Shown here piece after piece: positions 62,480 through 64,000 of a DNA stretch of 64,000 nucleotides (position 1 is the first letter of the stretch; each line of letters opens with the position of its first letter). Under the pieces are notes generated by a model. The model did not search any database and was not told where the DNA came from. It was given only the letters and a program-made list of their open reading frames with translations. A program made the translations under genes and the position numbers. The stretch lies in the NCBI GenBank assembly GCA_005772765.1, contig SXIR01000099.1, positions 3,214-67,213 on the forward strand, in the 5' to 3' direction. The DNA is from Actinomycetota bacterium (lineage in GTDB: Bacteria > Actinomycetota > Acidimicrobiia > IMCC26256 > PALSA-610).

Positions 62480-64000
62480 ATGGCGCTGCCCGAGACCTCG
62501 CACCCCCGCCACGTCGTCGTGGTGTTGCTCGACTCGCTGAACCGCCACCTGCTCGGCAGTTACGGATCGAGCGAGTTCGACACCCCGAACCTCGACCGGT
62601 TCGCGACAAACGCGGTGCGGTTCGAGCAGCACTACACCGGGTCGCTGCCGTGCATGCCCGCCCGCCACGACCTGCTCGTCGGCGCGCTCGACTTCCTGTG
62701 GCGGCCGTGGGGCTCGATCGAGATCTGGGAGGAGCCGATCACGGCGGCGCTGCGTCAAGTCGGGGTCACGACCAAACTCGTCACCGACCACCCGCATCTG
62801 TTCGAGACGGGCGGCGAGAACTACCACTGCGACTTCGCCGCGTGGGATTACCAGCGTGGTCACGAATCCGACCCGTGGCGCACGCGACCCGACCCGTCGT
62901 GGATCGGCGCACCGAAGTTCGGCCGCAACCTCCCCTACGACACGAACCGCGGTTGGTGGGGTGCCGAGGCCGAGTTTCCGGGACCACGTGTGATGAGCGA
63001 GGCGGCGCGCTGGATTCGCGACGAGGCACCCGCGCACGATCGGTTCTTGCTCTTCATCGACGAGTTCGATCCGCACGAACCCTTCGACACGCCCGAGCCG
63101 TACGCATCGATGTACGACCCCGACTGGGAGGGGCCCCACCTCTATTGGCCTCCGTACGCAGTCGACGCGCAAGCCAACGGCGTGCTCGACGCACGAGAAG
63201 CCCGCCAGATCCGCGCACAGTACGGCGGCAAGTTGACGATGATCGACACGTGGTTCGGCCACCTGCTCGACGCGATCGATGCGTCGCCGATGGCGAACGA
63301 CACTGCGGTGATCGTGTGCACCGATCACGGTCACTACCTCGGCGAGAAGGACACCTGGGGCAAACCCCGTTCGCCGGTGTTCGATCCGCTCGGCCATACG
63401 CCACTGTTGATTCGTTGGCCCGGGGTCGACGCCGGCGTTCGGGGCGCCCTGACCACCAACGTCGACCTGTGTGCAACGCTGCTCGATGTGTTCGGCGCTT
63501 CGGTCGAACATCGGGTGCACGGCAACTCGCTCGTGCCACTCCTTGCAGGCGGCGCGTCGACCGTTCGGGAGTGGGCGTTGAGCGGCGTCTGGGGACGCGA
63601 GGTTCATCTCTTGACCCAGCCGCGCGCCGGGAGCGGCGTGGTGAAGTTCGCGTGCGCCCCCGATGGCGACAACGAACCGTTGGTCATGCTGTCGAACCGC
63701 TGGTCCACCATGCCGATCCCTGGGGTCCCCCAACTGCGGCTCCCGCGGCCCGACGACCGTGCGACGCTCGGGACCATGCCCGGCACCACGGTGCCGGTGA
63801 TCCGTCAGCCGTTCCGGTCGGGCGACCTGTTGCCGTTCTGGGGCTACGGCGACTTCGCGCACGGCAGCGTCTGTTTCGATCTCGACGACGACCCCGGCGA
63901 AGACCGCAATCGCGTCGACGATGCGCTCGGACGCCAGCACCGCTCGCTGCTCGCCGACGTGTTACGTGAGGTCGAAGCACCGCCCGAACAACTCGAACGA
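62480..64000 (+). CDS. Cys-type sulfatase (arylsulfatase family), 3'-truncated by the window edge
   Basis: Own translation from ATG 62480 (frame 2) stays open to position 64000: MALPETSHPRHVVVVLLDSLNRH...SLPCMPARHD (CxPxR)...CTDHGHYLGEK...DDDPGEDRNRV. It is absent from the ORF track, presumably because it has no in-window stop. Confidence 0.8.
   Translation, partial: MALPETSHPRHVVVVLLDSLNRHLLGSYGSSEFDTPNLDRFATNAVRFEQHYTGSLPCMPARHDLLVGALDFLWRPWGSIEIWEEPITAALRQVGVTTKLVTDHPHLFETGGENYHCDFAAWDYQRGHESDPWRTRPDPSWIGAPKFGRNLPYDTNRGWWGAEAEFPGPRVMSEAARWIRDEAPAHDRFLLFIDEFDPHEPFDTPEPYASMYDPDWEGPHLYWPPYAVDAQANGVLDAREARQIRAQYGGKLTMIDTWFGHLLDAIDASPMANDTAVIVCTDHGHYLGEKDTWGKPRSPVFDPLGHTPLLIRWPGVDAGVRGALTTNVDLCATLLDVFGASVEHRVHGNSLVPLLAGGASTVREWALSGVWGREVHLLTQPRAGSGVVKFACAPDGDNEPLVMLSNRWSTMPIPGVPQLRLPRPDDRATLGTMPGTTVPVIRQPFRSGDLLPFWGYGDFAHGSVCFDLDDDPGEDRNRVDDALGRQHRSLLADVLREVEAPPEQLER

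Noticed and set aside
61985-63940. A 651-aa minus-strand ORF and a 439-aa plus-strand ORF (62650-63969)
   Set aside because: Both are Arg-rich, low-complexity translations. The other plus-strand frame, from 62480, gives a continuous sulfatase sequence with CxPxR and DHG motifs, so these are shadow frames.
1-64000. Search for tRNA/rRNA genes, transposases, integrases, prophage or toxin-antitoxin/defence modules
   Set aside because: No T-loop-like GGTTCGAATCC in intergenic DNA. No DDE or tyrosine-recombinase-like ORFs. No terminal inverted repeats flanking a segment. No obvious compositional island. Apart from the 297-nt stretch at 32826-33122 and the 216-nt permease leader at 43212-43427, intergenic gaps are too short to hide such genes. 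This was a scan by eye only.

Overview
This is a high-GC, gene-dense chromosomal segment of actinobacterial type. G+C looks like roughly two-thirds to 70% by eye; I did not compute it. I call 59 CDS on both strands, many joined by ATGA/GTGA/TGATG start-stop overlaps. I found no rRNA, tRNA, transposase, integrase, phage gene or CRISPR array.

Most of the content is paralogous lipid or steroid-side-chain-type catabolism:
- 4 acyl-CoA synthetases
- 3 acyl-CoA dehydrogenase-family genes, two of them an adjacent pair
- 7 SDRs
- 2 SCP-x/Ltp-type thiolases, one with a DUF35 Zn-ribbon partner
- a MaoC-N hydratase subunit
- 3 LLM/F420-type oxidoreductases
- a membrane acyl-CoA desaturase, a Zn-ADH, an aldehyde dehydrogenase with a class II aldolase, and 2 TetR regulators

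Interspersed modules:
- A 5-gene plus-strand operon (43428-50654): APC permease, choline/ethanolamine-kinase-like, DMGDH-like FAD/GcvT fusion, glutamine-synthetase-like, and C26 gamma-glutamyl hydrolase. It looks like a gamma-glutamylation-type amine catabolic route with unusual parts.
- An ECF sigma/anti-sigma pair preceded by a small secreted paralog of the anti-sigma ectodomain.
- Two lipoprotein serine hydrolases translationally coupled to the ACAD pair.
- A tightly coupled MaoC-N / unknown / SnoaL / DUF2889 operon.
- An LPXTG surface protein, a LysM membrane protein and an RTX-like secreted protein.
- A Cys-type sulfatase that runs off the 3' window edge and is missing from the supplied ORF track.

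The most unusual non-coding signals are two. First, there are six short tandem-repeat arrays, three of which begin inside the last codons and stop codon of a gene and reiterate it into the spacer, in the manner of MIRU-like VNTRs. Second, a recurring CTGAC(G)...(C)GTCAG inverted-repeat family sits immediately 5' of several SDR, MaoC and LLM genes; a separate perfect 16-bp palindrome lies in front of the desaturase.

All functional calls come from motif recognition in the translated ORFs. No database search was run.
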